Source: the human T2T-CHM13v2.0 reference genome, Homo sapiens | Strand: one strand, 5' to 3' | DNA length: 64,000 bases | Assembly: GCF_009914755.1 (NCBI RefSeq) | Contig: NC_060926.1 | Part shown: positions 31,830 through 45,261 of the stretch, piece after piece | Numbering within the stretch: the stretch's first letter is position 1 | Layout: every line of letters begins with the position of its first letter | The notes under the pieces: generated by a model | What the model was told of the DNA's origin: nothing | Database searches by the model: none | Seen by the model: the letters and a program-made list of their open reading frames with translations, nothing else | Made by a program: the position numbers and the translations under genes

Positions 31830-33078
31830 TGACAGGTGACAACGTGCTAGCAGCCCTCGCTCGCTCTCCGCGCCTCCTCGTTCTCCATGTCTGCTCTGGC
31901 CGCGCTCCAGGAGCCCTTCAGCCCCCCGCTGCGCTGTGAGGGCCCTTCTCTGGGGCTGGCTGAGGCCTGAGCCGGCTCCCTCTGCTCTCCGGGAAGTGTG
32001 AAGAGAGAGGCGCGGGCAGGAGCTGGGGCTGCGCGCAGCGCTGGCCGGCCGGCGTGGGGTCCGGGTGGGCGCGATCTCGACACCTGCTGGGCTTGATCGG
32101 AGGCTGGGTCCCGTGCGTGGACCGCCCTTCCCTCTTAGTGGGGTCTTTGGCCACGCTGGCGGCTCTCCGTCTCTTTCTCGCTTCCCCTCTTTTCCTCTTG
32201 ATTGTCTGGGAGGAGCTTCCTCTAGGCTGCGGGAGTGCCCGGGCTAGGTGCGGCGAAGTCCTGCAGCCAGTGCCAGTGAGAGGTGAAGCCAGCTGGGCTT
32301 CTGGGCCGGGTAGGGACTTGGAGAACTTTTCCATCTAGCTAAAAGATTGTAAACGCACCAATTAGCACTCTGTGTCTAGCTAAAGGTTTGTAAACAGACC
32401 AATCAGCACTCTGTCAAAACGGACCAATCAGCTCTCTGTAAAATGGACCAATTAGCTCTCTGCAAAATGGACCAATAAGCAGGACGTGGGTGGGACCAGA
32501 TAAGGGAATAAAAGCAGGGCACCAGAGCCAGCAGCGGTAACCCTCTCAGGTACCTTTCTAGGTTGTGGTGGCTTTGTTCTTTTGCTCTTTGCAATAAATC
32601 TTAATGTTGCTCGCTCTTTGGGTCTGTGCCGCCTTTATGAGCTGTAACCCTCACAATGAAGGTCTACAGCTTCACTCCTGAAGCCAGCGAGACCATGAAC
32701 CCACGGGGAGGGTCGAACAACTCTGGATGGGAGGAATGAATAACTGTGGACACCACCTTTATGAACTGTAACATTCCCCTGGAAGGTCTGCAGTTTCAGT
32801 CCTGAGGCCAGCGGGACCAGGAACTCACCGGAAGGAACGAACAACTCCAGATGTGCCACCTTTAAGAGCTGTAACACTCACCGTTAAGGCCTGCAGCTTC
32901 ACTCCTGAAGTCAGCGAGACCATGAGCCCACCAGAAAGAAGAAACCCAGGACACATCTGAAAATATGAAGGAACAGACTCCAGACACACTGTCTTTAAGA
33001 ACTGTAACACTCACTGCGAAGGTCCGCGGCATCATTCTTGAATTCAGCGAGACCAAGAACCCACCAATTCTGGACACA
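31830..33078 (+). mobile_element. LTR12 (ERV9) solo LTR, LTR12D/E-like
   Basis: Starts 'tgacaggtgacaacgtgctagcagccctcg', ends 'ccaccaattctggacaca'; 4-bp TSD ATCA; U3 CCAAT repeats and U5 'gctgtaacactcac' repeats. Confidence 0.96.
32355..32600 (+). promoter_or_regulatory. LTR12 promoter module: five CCAAT (NF-Y-type) boxes, GC/GT box, AATAAAA TATA-like box (~32507), poly(A) signal (~32593)
   Basis: Motifs visible in the sequence; function inferred from known ERV9 LTR behaviour. Confidence 0.65.
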
Positions 33079-34260
33079 ATCACAAAATTAAACCTCCTCA
33101 AATAGAGATTGACAGTAAATGTAATCTGTATTTCTGTTCATGCCATCATTGGTAGTGAATTATTTAAATATATAAAACATTGTCGAATAACTCGTAACAG
33201 GACAATTACCTATCTAATTTTTGCTCATTATAAAATGAAATGTAATCTCCGTCTAATAATTTAAATTGTTTTTACAAGCTGGTCTAACAGGAATGTTTCT
33301 TATTCTTCCATATGTTCTTAACAGACTTACTTTGTTTTTACTCTTTGTCATCTTTATAAAATCACAAATCTCTACATTATGTATTTATGCGAAACATACA
33401 CTTCTCTTGGATTGTCAAAACGAACTTTCTCCCATAAAAAACATTGTAATATTTAGCTTTAATAGCCTCTCCCCAGAGTGAAAGAAAACCTTATTTATTT
33501 CTTACTATAAAAGCAAGAATGTGTCTATGCCTAATTTCTTTAATAACTGGGACCAGTTCTCACTGTCTTTATATGAACCGAGGTCAAGGGTTCATGAGGT
33601 TTAATAGCACATAACATTCTCTCCTAGGGAATAAAACTGTGAAAAGGTATCCTGAGTGGAAAATCCACTTTACGATTACTTTCAAGGTAGTTTTGATAGT
33701 ATATTATCCTTTTCCCATCAATCAGGGATAATATAGATGTTTATATTGATTTTATTTACACTGAATTACTCTCAAATTCTACTTCATAAAAGAATGTCAT
33801 AATTCATTTTGTTTTGCTTTTGAAAGCTCACATGTACATTCCAAAGCATACCTCTTATCCAAGGCAGCCACTGAAAGACTTGGGGAATCAAGTAATAAAA
33901 GGGAAATAATATTTAAATTATTTGTTAATTGAGCATTAGGTTTCTCTCAAACTTTCTCATAATGGTATATGAATTAACTCAAATTAAATATTTCAAACTT
34001 GTAGTAGTTACCAATAGTCTAAAAACCAGTCTTCTGATCATCTTGATCAGCTAAGAAAATTGAAAGAGACAAAAAAAATTATATATATTATATAGATAGA
34101 TAGATAGAGCTAGAGTGAGTGAACTAACAATTGTATTTTGCTGCATTAGCAAAATATATATTGCCCAGGATGCTACTACTCCATGAGGGTAATTAATTAT
34201 CTACTTTATATTTTGACTAGGAAGAGTTTCCGAAATTTTTGCTTGCTATTTCCAAATATC

Positions 34261-34756
34261 TATTTTAGACAGAGTTCTCCAGAGAAACAGAATCAATAAC
34301 TATATAAAAATATATAGAAAGATAATTATTATGAGGGATTGGGTCATGTGATTTTGGAGGCTGAGAAATCCCATCAACTGCTGTTTGCAAGCCAGAGGCC
34401 CAGGAAGGCAAGTAGTGTAGTGCCAGTCCAAACCTCACGGTCTGAGAACCAGGGGAATCAATGGCAGAAATTCCATTTTGAGTCCAAAGTCCAGAGAACC
34501 AAATAACTGATGTCCAAAGAAAGAAAAAGATGATGTCCCAACTCAAGCAGAGACAGCCAGTTCTCCCTTCCTCTGCCTTTTTGTTCTGTTTGGGTCCTCA
34601 ATGCATTGGATGAGCTCCACCCACATTGGTGAGAGCAATCTTTACTCAGTCTATCAAAATGACACCTTCACAGACGCAGCCAGAAATAATGTTTTACCCG
34701 CTATTTGGGCATCTCTTAGCCCAGCCAAGCTGACCTTAGAAAAATTAACCACCACA
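34261..34756 (-). mobile_element. MLT2 (ERVL) solo LTR
   Basis: 'gagttctccagagaaacagaa...ggaggctgagaaatccca...aaaattaaccaccaca'. Confidence 0.9.
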
Positions 34757-35564
34757 TTTTCTATGCATGTGCACACTTCAAAGTCTCCAAGTCCTGGAGG
34801 AATGAGTTGTCTTTTCTGTAATCACGTCAGATTAATTCAATAGGGAATCTCTCTTTTACTACTAATATGTTTAGTTTGAAGCCCTGGTTAACCTCCACAC
34901 AATTTTAGGAGTAGAATTAACAAATAATACAGTGAGGATGCAGAAATGGCCAGAGAGAAGTTGTTTGATGGAGTTCTAGATCCACCTTTTCCACAACCAC
35001 CCCAATTATGGGCTTAGTACTTAAAGAAGATTGCAAATAGGGGAAAAACATTTTCGTCTATTCTTCCCAAAGGCTTTTGAGTATGAGAATTGGTGGATTT
35101 AAATAGCACATTAATAGCCATACATCTCTCCCACCAATCCACACTTCCTCCACCACCACTTCTCATATGGGATTCCTTTCACTGACCTATATCTAGATTC
35201 TTTCTGCCTATGTGGCTCTCAGGAAGCTTCAGGATTTTTAACAGTTTATGTATCAGGACATTGTGCTGGGCTGCTCTTGGCGATCTTTCAAGTTAGACAA
35301 ACTCCAAACAAAATTTTATAAATCTTATTTTTCAATGATTTCAGACTCCTCGTTTTGAAGTGTTAACTTTACAATAATATTTATGTTATTATAATATATA
35401 TCACACATAATACATAATAACATTTAACAAAATAATTGTTGCCATTTATTGAATCTATATGTATAGGAGTAGGTATGGTGTGTGTATAAACATGTAAGTA
35501 TATATTAATATATACCAGGTACTATTAAACATAGTATAGGCATGCTTTTATTAATACTCAGAGC

Positions 35565-36347
<783 letters not shown>

Positions 36348-36487
36348 CGGTGACCATCTAATCTATTGTCAAATCCGAGATTTTTTTTTTTTTGTAAGTG
36401 AAAGAGTGTGCTAATTGGATGCAATGCAGGTGCAATAGGCACAGACTACAATAGTCCCAGGTGAATTGAGATTTTGTGGTCACTCCA
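36348..36487 (+). mobile_element. MER94 (hAT-Blackjack MITE)
   Basis: TIRs 'ggtgaccat' / 'gtggtcact'; length ~135 bp; internal 'gtgaaagagtgtgcta'. Confidence 0.7.
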
Positions 36488-36499
36488 GGTTTCAGGTAA

Positions 36500-36815
36500 T
36501 AGAAACATGGGTTCAATACCACCTTACTAGTTGTGGAATGTTGGGCTGATTATTAACCTTGCTAAGTCTCACTCTTCTCATTTGTAAATGCAAGATAATA
36601 ATACCAGCTCTACTGGAGAATTGGAATATTGGGAAGATAATATGTATAAAACGTTGATATATTGCCCAGGACTTAAATGGGAGATGTTATCATTATACTC
36701 AATTTATAGATGATATGAAGCTCAGAGAGATTAAGTAAGCCCAAAGTTCACACATCTCATTACATGGAGCAGTCAAAACTCAAACTCAGTTTTCTAATTC
36801 TAAAAACCATCTTGA
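36500..36815. mobile_element. Two tail-to-tail MIR fragments (+ ~36500-36680; - ~36685-36815)
   Basis: Core motifs 'ctcatttgtaaatgcaagataataatacc' and 'agctcagagagattaagtaa'. Confidence 0.65.
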
Positions 36816-36914
36816 TAATCTATCAATTTGTTACACTATTTTTCTGGTCATTTTAAGAATTTATTATTTGAAACTCAAAACACTACTCCTTAACTATCTG
36901 ATGTATTGAGTACT

Positions 36915-37270
36915 CTTTTGATTATAATTGACAAAAACACACACATTCAGACAAGCTTAATCAACAAAGAAATTTATTCACTCATGTAGTAGAAAACCTC
37001 AGGGGGTGCTCTGTGTACAAGCCTGGCTGCTCTCATGCCCTGCAATGGTAATGTAAGAATTTTGCCTCTCTCATTCCATATTTGTTCTATTATTTTCCTT
37101 GTTAACTTTGTTTTCAGTCTGACTTTTCTACACATTTGGAAAGATGGCTGTTAGCAGCTCCAGGCCAATATAGCATGCAATTCCAGATCTGAGAAAAGCA
37201 AAATTCTGTCTTTTCCACCATTCATACTAATCCCTTAAAAGAGTTTTTGGGTCCTACCTGGGACATGTAC
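36915..37270 (-). mobile_element. Ancient MLT1 (J/K-like) LTR fragment
   Basis: 'gcttaatcaacaaagaaatttattcactcatgta' and 'aagatggctgttagcagctccagg'. Confidence 0.55.
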
Positions 37271-37284
37271 CTTTCTGAGGTACA

Positions 37285-37560
37285 CTTTGACCTCTCTTCT
37301 TAAACCTCCAAATTTTTCTGCCCTTCCTCTCTCAGCTAATATTCTTGTTTTTCATTTTACAGGGAAAATGAAAGCAGCCAAAAGAGAATTTCCTGATGCT
37401 CCCACCATCAAATCCACCAGCATACCTGCATCTGAAATCACATTCTTTGCTTTCCTTCCTTTGAGAGTGGCTGGTCTGTCAGTATTTCTAGCAAAGACCA
37501 CACCACATCCTATCCTCTTACCAGAGAGCATTTTCCTGAAAATGACCATTTCTGCATTCC
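37285..37560 (+). mobile_element. L2 internal fragment
   Basis: 'ctctcagctaatattcttg...tttacagggaaaatgaaagcagccaaaagagaatttcc' is L2 ORF2-like. Confidence 0.65.
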
Positions 37561-38344
37561 CCCTTATGTTTTCCCCTATACTGAATCATTCCGATTATCA
37601 TTTGTTTCAAATGAAGAATTATAATTCAAGTATTTCTTTTAGTGCAATGAGTGAGAGATAAAGGTTACATTTAACATTAAGATTGGTTCAGGACATAAAA
37701 GTTCTTTTTGCACCGTGTTGGAAACTATTGAAGTACTATCTTCACAGCGTAACTCTCCATACATGCACTTCATTGCTCCTCAATTTTTCTGCCTTTCTCC
37801 AACACAATACCTGGTACTGCCCTACTTTCTATTCTCTTGTATCCTTATTTTTTTCCTAATTGAGAGAGAACAGTGATGATAATTAAACAATTGAGTGAAA
37901 ACCAATTCCTGCGATAGTGCTAGATGCTTAATAGGTAACATCTTCTGCTCGAGTTACTGAGACTTCACCTACTTTGAAGCTACTGATCTCAAAGAAGCTT
38001 AAGGAATAATTATGGAGGAGATAATTTTAGGTAAATTTGAATTTATAAGGAAATGTTGTCCAGGAAAATTATAGGGTCCATTTTTTACCAGGCTTGAGAC
38101 ATATTTGGTACAGAGAGTATTAGGGAGTGGTTAGTCAGAATGGCTGCTTTGGAAAATGAATTTAACTGTAAGAAGTCTGTTGAGTACATATAACAGTGGA
38201 ATTAAATGGTGGTGGAGGTGAAAGATCAGTTCATATGATACATTTTGACTTCAAATTTCTCGTCTCTGAGGATTAAGAAGGTACCAGTGAAGAAAGGTTT
38301 GATTTTCAAAGAGAAGCAGCCAATGTCCCATGACACCATTAATA

Positions 38345-38590
38345 AAAAAAAATAGATAACACTTTAGAGTTTGCAAAGTTCATTTATTTTGATTATCTAA
38401 TTCAAAAGTGACACAATCTTATGAGGTAGCAATTGCTATACTTTAATAAGGAATGGAAACTAAGAGAAATTAAGTGAGATTTACCTTGGATTTCCAAGGT
38501 AATCCCATAAGCGAGTCAAACCCAGGCTATAGGCAAAGAAATTGGCCACTCAGTTCTACAATATGTATGTTCACCATTGTAGAGTGCTGC
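38345..38590 (-). mobile_element. MIR
   Basis: 'cacaatcttatgaggtag...ggaaactaagagaaattaagtga'. Confidence 0.55.
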
Positions 38591-38689
38591 TGTCTTTTGA
38601 AAAATGGCCCTGAGTGAAACATGCTGTCCAGTATTCACATTTTGTATAGTTTTTAACCAAAATAAATGAGGGCTTGCCCTATGTAAACA

Positions 38690-39080
38690 ATAGAATGTGG
38701 CGTTTTTCTTTTTCTCTAGGAATGTGTAGTCTGTAGGAAGCCAACTTTCTGAACATGAAGTTCAAGCACTCTGAGGACTCTAAGTTTGAGGAAGCCCAAG
38801 CTAGCCATATGGAGAGTCCACAAAAAGAAAAAGAGCTATAGTGTCTGCTCTTTTAGCAATCCCACCTGAGGTGTCAGACATGTGAATGAAGATACTTTCT
38901 TGGTTGTCCAGTCTAGTTGAACTTTCAGATGACTCTAGATTCTGCTACCATCTGACCGACACTCCAGGAGATATCTCAAGTGAGAAATAACCAGTTGAGC
39001 TCAGTCAACACACATTACCATAAATAATTATTTTGGATTCCAAGTTTGGGGGTGACTTTTTGTGTAGCATTAGATAAACA
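38690..39080 (+). mobile_element. MLT1 (G/H-like) LTR fragment
   Basis: 'gaggaagcccaagctagccatatggagag', 'cagacatgtgaatgaag', end 'aagtttgggggtgac...gcattagataa'. Confidence 0.75.
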
Positions 39081-39199
39081 AAACCCTGCTTATCTCCAAA
39101 GTTGGGGAAGGGGAGAAACAAAAGAATCACATAAGGTAAATAAGGGGCATTGCTTTGCAAACTTTGAAAAATACTATATACAATGCATGGATGTAGTGA

Positions 39200-39440
39200 A
39201 ATACATAGAGACTCAGAAGTCATAAGCCCTGAGTTTGAAACCTCCTCTTGATATTTTCTCACTCTGTGACTCTTGGATAAATCACACTCAATTTCTCCTA
39301 GTCTAAATGTGATTATCAATAAAATTATGATAATAAGGCCTTGCTCTGTTTAGAGTCTTAGGTGAGAAAATGCGGACTGTAAATGATTTTGTGAATTTTA
39401 TAAAATTATGCAGATATATTTCATATTGCTATTATTATAA
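39200..39440 (+). mobile_element. MIR
   Basis: 'cagaagtcataagccctgagtttgaa...ctgtgactcttggataaatcac'. Confidence 0.6.
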
Positions 39441-39527
39441 TTAAAAATACAGAGTCAGGATAATTTCATCCTGTGCACAAGAGGCAGATTATGTTTGAAT
39501 TAATCAAATAGAATTTGAGCACAGGAG

Positions 39528-39655
39528 TCATTCACCCCTTCATTCAACATGCTATTTAGCACTGAGTATACATCAGAAACTGTGCTCAAATCTTGGTATC
39601 TGACACTGAAAAAAACAGATAAAAAAACTGACTACGTGGAGCTTACACTCTAACA
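39528..39655 (-). mobile_element. L2 3' end
   Basis: 'cattcaacatgctatttagcactga...cagaaactgtgct...gtggagcttacactcta'. Confidence 0.55.
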
Positions 39656-40689
39656 CTTACCAAATAAATGATGTCCATTTAGTTGGCTTCTATTAACATT
39701 ATAGGAATCAAATTATGCTCTGATTATTCTCAGTCATCATAGTGCTGGTGGTGGCAAAGTGACAAATTTTGTGGAGATAGTGGCAGAGAATTTTTATTTT
39801 GAAACAGTAATAGAATAATTAATTGTTAATTCTTGTGAGAATGACGGAAAATTCTATCACACTGTTTGGCAAAGGGAGAAGGGGAAAGTCAGCATCACAT
39901 TGTTCTTGGAAAATAACAATTTCCTAGGTTTCTCTAGTTTAAAAATAGTGAAATATGAAATTTGATGTTTCTTGCGGAAATGTAGTAAAACAGACACTCA
40001 TCTGAAAAGGTTACTTCCCTCCTAGTGTAAGCATTTGAGGACTCAAACATGGATCAGTTTTCCATGAAAATAATTTGCTTTAAATTATTCCAAGTGCCTG
40101 AAAGGGAAAACTATATTATTACATAGGCCTATCACGTAGAAAAATACAAAATCCACAAAGTGGACATCTGAGTACTGCCTTTCTAGGTTTACAGCTTGAA
40201 ATGTCAGAAATAATAGCATTTGAAAAGATACGAATTTAGAATGGTGTGATGTAGCCAAAGTGAAAAGTATCACTTACATGCTTACCAACAACCTGCAGGT
40301 TTGAGATAAAAAGGAATCCTGTTTCAATTCCATGAGAGATGGTGTGTCTACTATACATCATGTAAATGAATTTCTAAAAACTTATATGCTTAGAAGTTAT
40401 TTCATGATTGCTAACCCTCAGAAAGAAGATGACCACAGGAGTCAGATAATTCTAAAACATAAGGGAGTTGAGGGAAAAGACATTTGTTGAATGAAATGGG
40501 TAAGGAAAGGAAATGGATCCAATTGTTTACAGCTACATTGTGTTATTTAGGAAGGAACCACTACCTTCTGAATATTGAAAAGCATTTCTGAAAAGGTCAA
40601 GTTTAAGGCTGAATCTTGATCTTAGCAAGTGCTCATGAAAATATTTTTATTTCTAGTGATATTACATTTGACCATAATATGAAGAAGAA

Positions 40690-43600
40690 GAGTGATAGCA
40701 ATACAAATGATGATGTGAGGGCATATGCAAATTATCTCCCCCACATAAACAATTAAAAATGTGCAAAAATAATCAGAATCAGCTCTTTTAAAACTCTTAA
40801 ATAATTTATTTAATAAACAAAGAACCAAAAGAGAAAGAAAGGTTAAATTATGGTAAGAGCTGTAAGCTTTGTGGTATTTTAGGCTGCTTATTCTCATCAC
40901 CCTCTCTCAAGTTACACAGTCACCTTGAAAATAAATATCTCTCAATCGCTGACTACTAGCAATCTGGCAGCCTTCAGCTTAGTTCCCTGAGAATTATTGT
41001 TTGACCTGGAACATGGCTTACTGCAAGATACCACTTATAAAACTGTCTTTATTTGACCTCATTTGTAACTGGCCCATGAAAGTCTTTTTAACTAGCATAC
41101 TTATTGAAAACATTGAAAGGCAACTTTTTTAAATCATGGTAGACTAAAGTGGTAGATAACAGTTAGGGCAAATAATATGGTAGCTGGAAAACTTAAAAAG
41201 CTAGGAAATATAAATAGGAGTTTTGAAGACTTCTGACATATTACTGGCACTATAAAAGGTCACTCACACATGTATGATTGTGCACATTCTAAGCACAATG
41301 CTTATTCTCAAGAAAAATATGAGAAGGCCCTAAGCTTTCACCTCCAGATGACCATGAAGCTATGGGAAAGCAGAATGTGAAGACTAAGGCAGAGTTGTCA
41401 ACCAACCGGCTGGGTGTTAAAAGTGTGCCCTGAAATGCACACAGAGCCACTCAGCAGAGACCGGAAGAGTTACGGGTTCCAGGTCTTTAATGAAATTTCT
41501 GTCTATTCTTTCACTGACTACTAAGTTAAGCAAACAGAGACTTCAGTGTTCAAACATGATGACAAACAAAAACTTTAGACAATTAGTTCAGAAAAGTCAC
41601 TAAAGAAACAAATGACAAAAACAAATAGCAAAATCAACAAAATTTGAAGGGAGTAAAATATAATTTTCAGAGTTGTCACATTTTTATTATTTAAAATGTT
41701 CAGTTTTCAACAAAAATTTATAAGGCATACAAAAAGTAAGACAATATGTATGGCTCACACACAGGAACAACACGCAATCAATAAAACCGTCCATGAGAAA
41801 GCTCAGGTGTTTGGCTTAGTAGACAAAGGTTTTTAAATCCACCATGATAAAAATTTGTTTAATAACTAAAATAAGCTATTTCTAAAAAGCTAAAGGAACA
41901 TTTGAGAATAAATGTCTCACCAAATAAATAATACTAATAAGCAATTCTATAAATAATATATATTAATTACAGAATTAAAATGTATAATAACTGTATAAAA
42001 ATGTACTAGAGTGACTTAACAGCAGATTTTAGAAAGCAGGGAAAAGAGTTAGCCAACTTAAATATAGGTCAATGAGATTATCTAATGCAAGAAACAGAAG
42101 GAAAAAGAAATAAAGACAAATGGACAGACTCAGAGATATCATCAAGCATAGCAAAATATGTATAATGGAAGTCCCAAAGGAAGAGGGAACAGAAGAGAAA
42201 TGGGGCATAAAAATATGTGAAGAACAATACAAAACATACTTAAAAACTTCCAAAATTTGACAAAGAATATTAACTTGCACATCCAAAAGATCTATGACTC
42301 CCAAGTAGGATAAACTCAAGAGATTCACATTTTTAAAAAATTATAATTAAACAATCAAAAGAAAATGACAAAGAAAGAATCTGAAAACAAAAAAAGAGGA
42401 GCAACTCTTCATGTGCAAAAGAGTCTGAATAATTTTTCACTGATTTTTCATTAGAAACCATGGAAACCAGAGGCAGAGAGATGACATTTTTAAAGTTTTG
42501 AAAGTAAATGACTATCAACGAATAATTTCATAACCAACAAAACTATACTTCAAAAATGAAAAAGAAGTGAAAATATTCTCACTTATTCTCTGAAACCAAA
42601 ACTGACAGAATCTCTTACTAGCAAAGTTTCCATGCAAGAAATATTAAAAGAGGTATTTCAATATGAAATAAAATTACACTTGACAATATCTAGAGTCCAT
42701 ATAAACAAATGCAGAACAATAGAAAAAGCAAAAATTAGAAATATATGAAAGAGAATGTAAATTTATTTTTTGTAACTATTTTCTTTTCTCCTACCTGATT
42801 CAAAAATAAACTGCATAAAGCAATGGTTATAAGTAATACAATGAATAAAGATGTAATGAATAAAGATGAATACAGTGAATTCATACATTGAATAAATATG
42901 TAATATGTATAGTAATACAACAAAGGAAGGAGAGAACAATGCTATTTAGAATCAAAATTTTTGTATGCTATTAAAATTAAGTTGATAGTAAATCTAACTA
43001 GATTTTCAAAAATTAAGATACTACTTGTAGCCCATCAGGCAACCCTAAGAAAATAACTTACAAACTATAATAAAATCAGTGATAAGGGGATTAATACAGT
43101 GCATTAAAAATATCTATTGACTAAAGAAAAGGCAATCTTAGAAAAATAGAGAAATAAAAAAGCAGAAGACATATAGAAAACAACTGGTAAACTGGCAAAC
43201 ATAAATTCTATATATCAGTAATTACATTAAATGTATATAGATTACAAACTCCATTTAAAATAGAGTTTGCAGATGGGTTTAGAAAAAACATAATCCAACT
43301 ATCTGTTTTATTCAGCAGACACACTTTATATTCAAAGACACAAACAGTTTGAATACAAATGACTGAATAAGATAAATCATTCAAACAGTAATCAAAAGAG
43401 ACCTGGTCATAATAACACACAAAACAAACTTCAAGAGATAAATTGTGATTAGTGAGAAAGAGCATTTTACAATTATAGAAAGGATTAATACATCAAGAAA
43501 ACATAACAATAAGCACATATGCATCTGTCAAGATAATCCCAAAATACATGAAGGAAGAAATAAAGTAGGCAATATAAAACTTCCCTCCACCAATACGCAC

Positions 43601-43780
43601 ATAATCCCTAGAATAGATGGCTTTACTGATACATTCTACCAAATGTTTAGAAGAGTTTACACTAATTCTTCACAAACACACTCAAAAAATAGAAAAGGAG
43701 GGATTATTTTCCAACTCTTTTTATAAGACTAGTAAAACCAGACAAATACATCACAAGTAAAACAAATTAAGAATCCCTAT
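40690..43780 (+). mobile_element. Old L1M: 5' UTR, decayed ORF1 (~41750-42660) and ORF2 start, with internal deletion at ~43560
   Basis: ORF1 motifs 'ttagaaaccatggaaaccagaggcag'; endonuclease start 'cagtaattacattaaatgta'; resumes at 48665. Confidence 0.85.
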
Positions 43781-43787
43781 TTTTTTT

Positions 43788-45261
43788 CCCAAGGTGGCAG
43801 ATTAGAGGCTTTTATGATGCCTCAGCCACTTGGAAGTAGTAAAATAGTGCATAAAGATCAACTCTGTGAGCTTTAATTCAAGAAGAAAATGGGAAACCAT
43901 CAGAATTGTGAAGGGCACTCCAGATCCTGTGGAGAAAGAACACTGACAGACAGTCCCCATGATGGTATCTGTCTGGTAAATGTGATTGAAGCTCCAGGAG
44001 GATATGAGAGAAGCAGAGAGCCTCCCCATGTGACTCATTTTTCCAGTGGGAACTCAAGCGACCCAGGTCGAGAAACAGCACTGTCTTTCTCCCAAGCCCT
44101 AGAGCCAGCATGGGGAGAGGCTTGAAGATGTTGTGAGGGAAAGACACTGGGAAAAACTGCAGACATTTTCCCAGACCTGGGACCAAGAACAGCATACCAT
44201 TTTTAATCCAGGCATACAAAGTCAGGCATTCTTTGGCAACTTGGCAGCATGACCACTCAGGAATTTTATTCTTGAGGCAGAGATTGGGGGGGCCTGCTCT
44301 AGAGTGGGATAAGGGCCTCCACAACCAGAGCTATGGAAAGCACATCCAGAGAGGACACTGAAATTGTGCTTTCCCTTGTCACAAGCCTGGGGCAGGAGGA
44401 GTGCTGCTACAGCTGCAGTTTCTTCCGGGTAGTGAGATTTGCAGCCAAGGCCAGCCTAGTGACCTGGAATTGGTCTGTGTGTGCCATTTCTAGATGTCTC
44501 CATCTGCTCTACCAAGATAATAGTGCAGTGAGTTCCTCTGCTCAAACCTCAGGCAAAAATTCAGGCATTTGGCGCAGCCGCTTTCCTGGACTAGCAGCCT
44601 TAGCCACTCAACTCTTCATGAACATAGATTGTGGTGCAGAGCAGCCCCCTACACTTTATGCCAAGGCAGATCTCCAGGCATTAGGAGCATCTGTTCACTG
44701 GGTTCAGAGCCTAACCTGCTCCACCCTTCCTGTACAGAGATCCTGGTGCAGTGGGGCTTTCTCTGCTCCATACCCAGGCAGGCCTCCAGACATTTACTCA
44801 CTTGAATCAGCAGCCTGACTCACCACTATTCTTTCTGTTCAGAGCTACTGGTGCAGGGAGGCCTTCTCTGCTTCATGCCTGGGCAGATCTCCAGGCAGTT
44901 AAAGCACCTGTTCTTCTGGTTCAGCAGCCGGAGCCACCCAACCTTCCTGGACATAGATCATGGTACAGAATGGCCCTCTCTACTCCACACTCAGGCAGAC
45001 CTCCAGACATTCAGAGCACCAACTTGCCTGGATCAGCAGCTTGATATGCCCCACTCTTCCTGGTTAGAGGTCTTGGTGCAGGGGCCTTTGCTGCTACATG
45101 TTCAGGTAGATCTCCAGGCATTCCAAGCTTCTGCCTGCCTGGTTCAGCAGCCTGAATCACCCCACCTCTTCTGTGCAGAGATCTTGGTGCAGTTGGTTTC
45201 CCTACTCCTAATTCAGGAAGGTGGGTGCTCTGAATGCCTGGAGAACTTCCCACAATCCTGT
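43788..45261 (+). mobile_element. Primate L1 (L1PA15/16- or L1PB-like) 5' UTR including a ~110-bp tandem array
   Basis: Start 'ccaaggtggcagattagaggc...cctcagccacttggaa'; GC-richer than flanks; repeat array at ~44570-45240. Confidence 0.8.
44570..45240. repeat. ~110-bp tandem repeat, ~6 copies
   Basis: 'ggcagatctccaggca'-like anchors at ~44665, 44777, 44881, 44993 and 45104. Confidence 0.9.

Noticed and set aside
32630-33060. Regularly spaced 'gctgtaacactcac...gcttcactcctgaag' repeats resembling a CRISPR array
   Set aside because: These are LTR12 U5 tandem repeats; the intervening sequences are mutually homologous, there are no cas genes, and the DNA is primate.
31847-33101. CpG-island-like region with ORFs
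   Set aside because: Entirely within LTR12, so not a host gene promoter or CDS.
37287-37661. 124-aa ORF
   Set aside because: Non-ATG start and overlaps a decayed L2 fragment.
41750-43560. Possible intact L1 ORF1/ORF2
   Set aside because: No long sense ORF in the track; many stops and deletions; not retrotransposition-competent.
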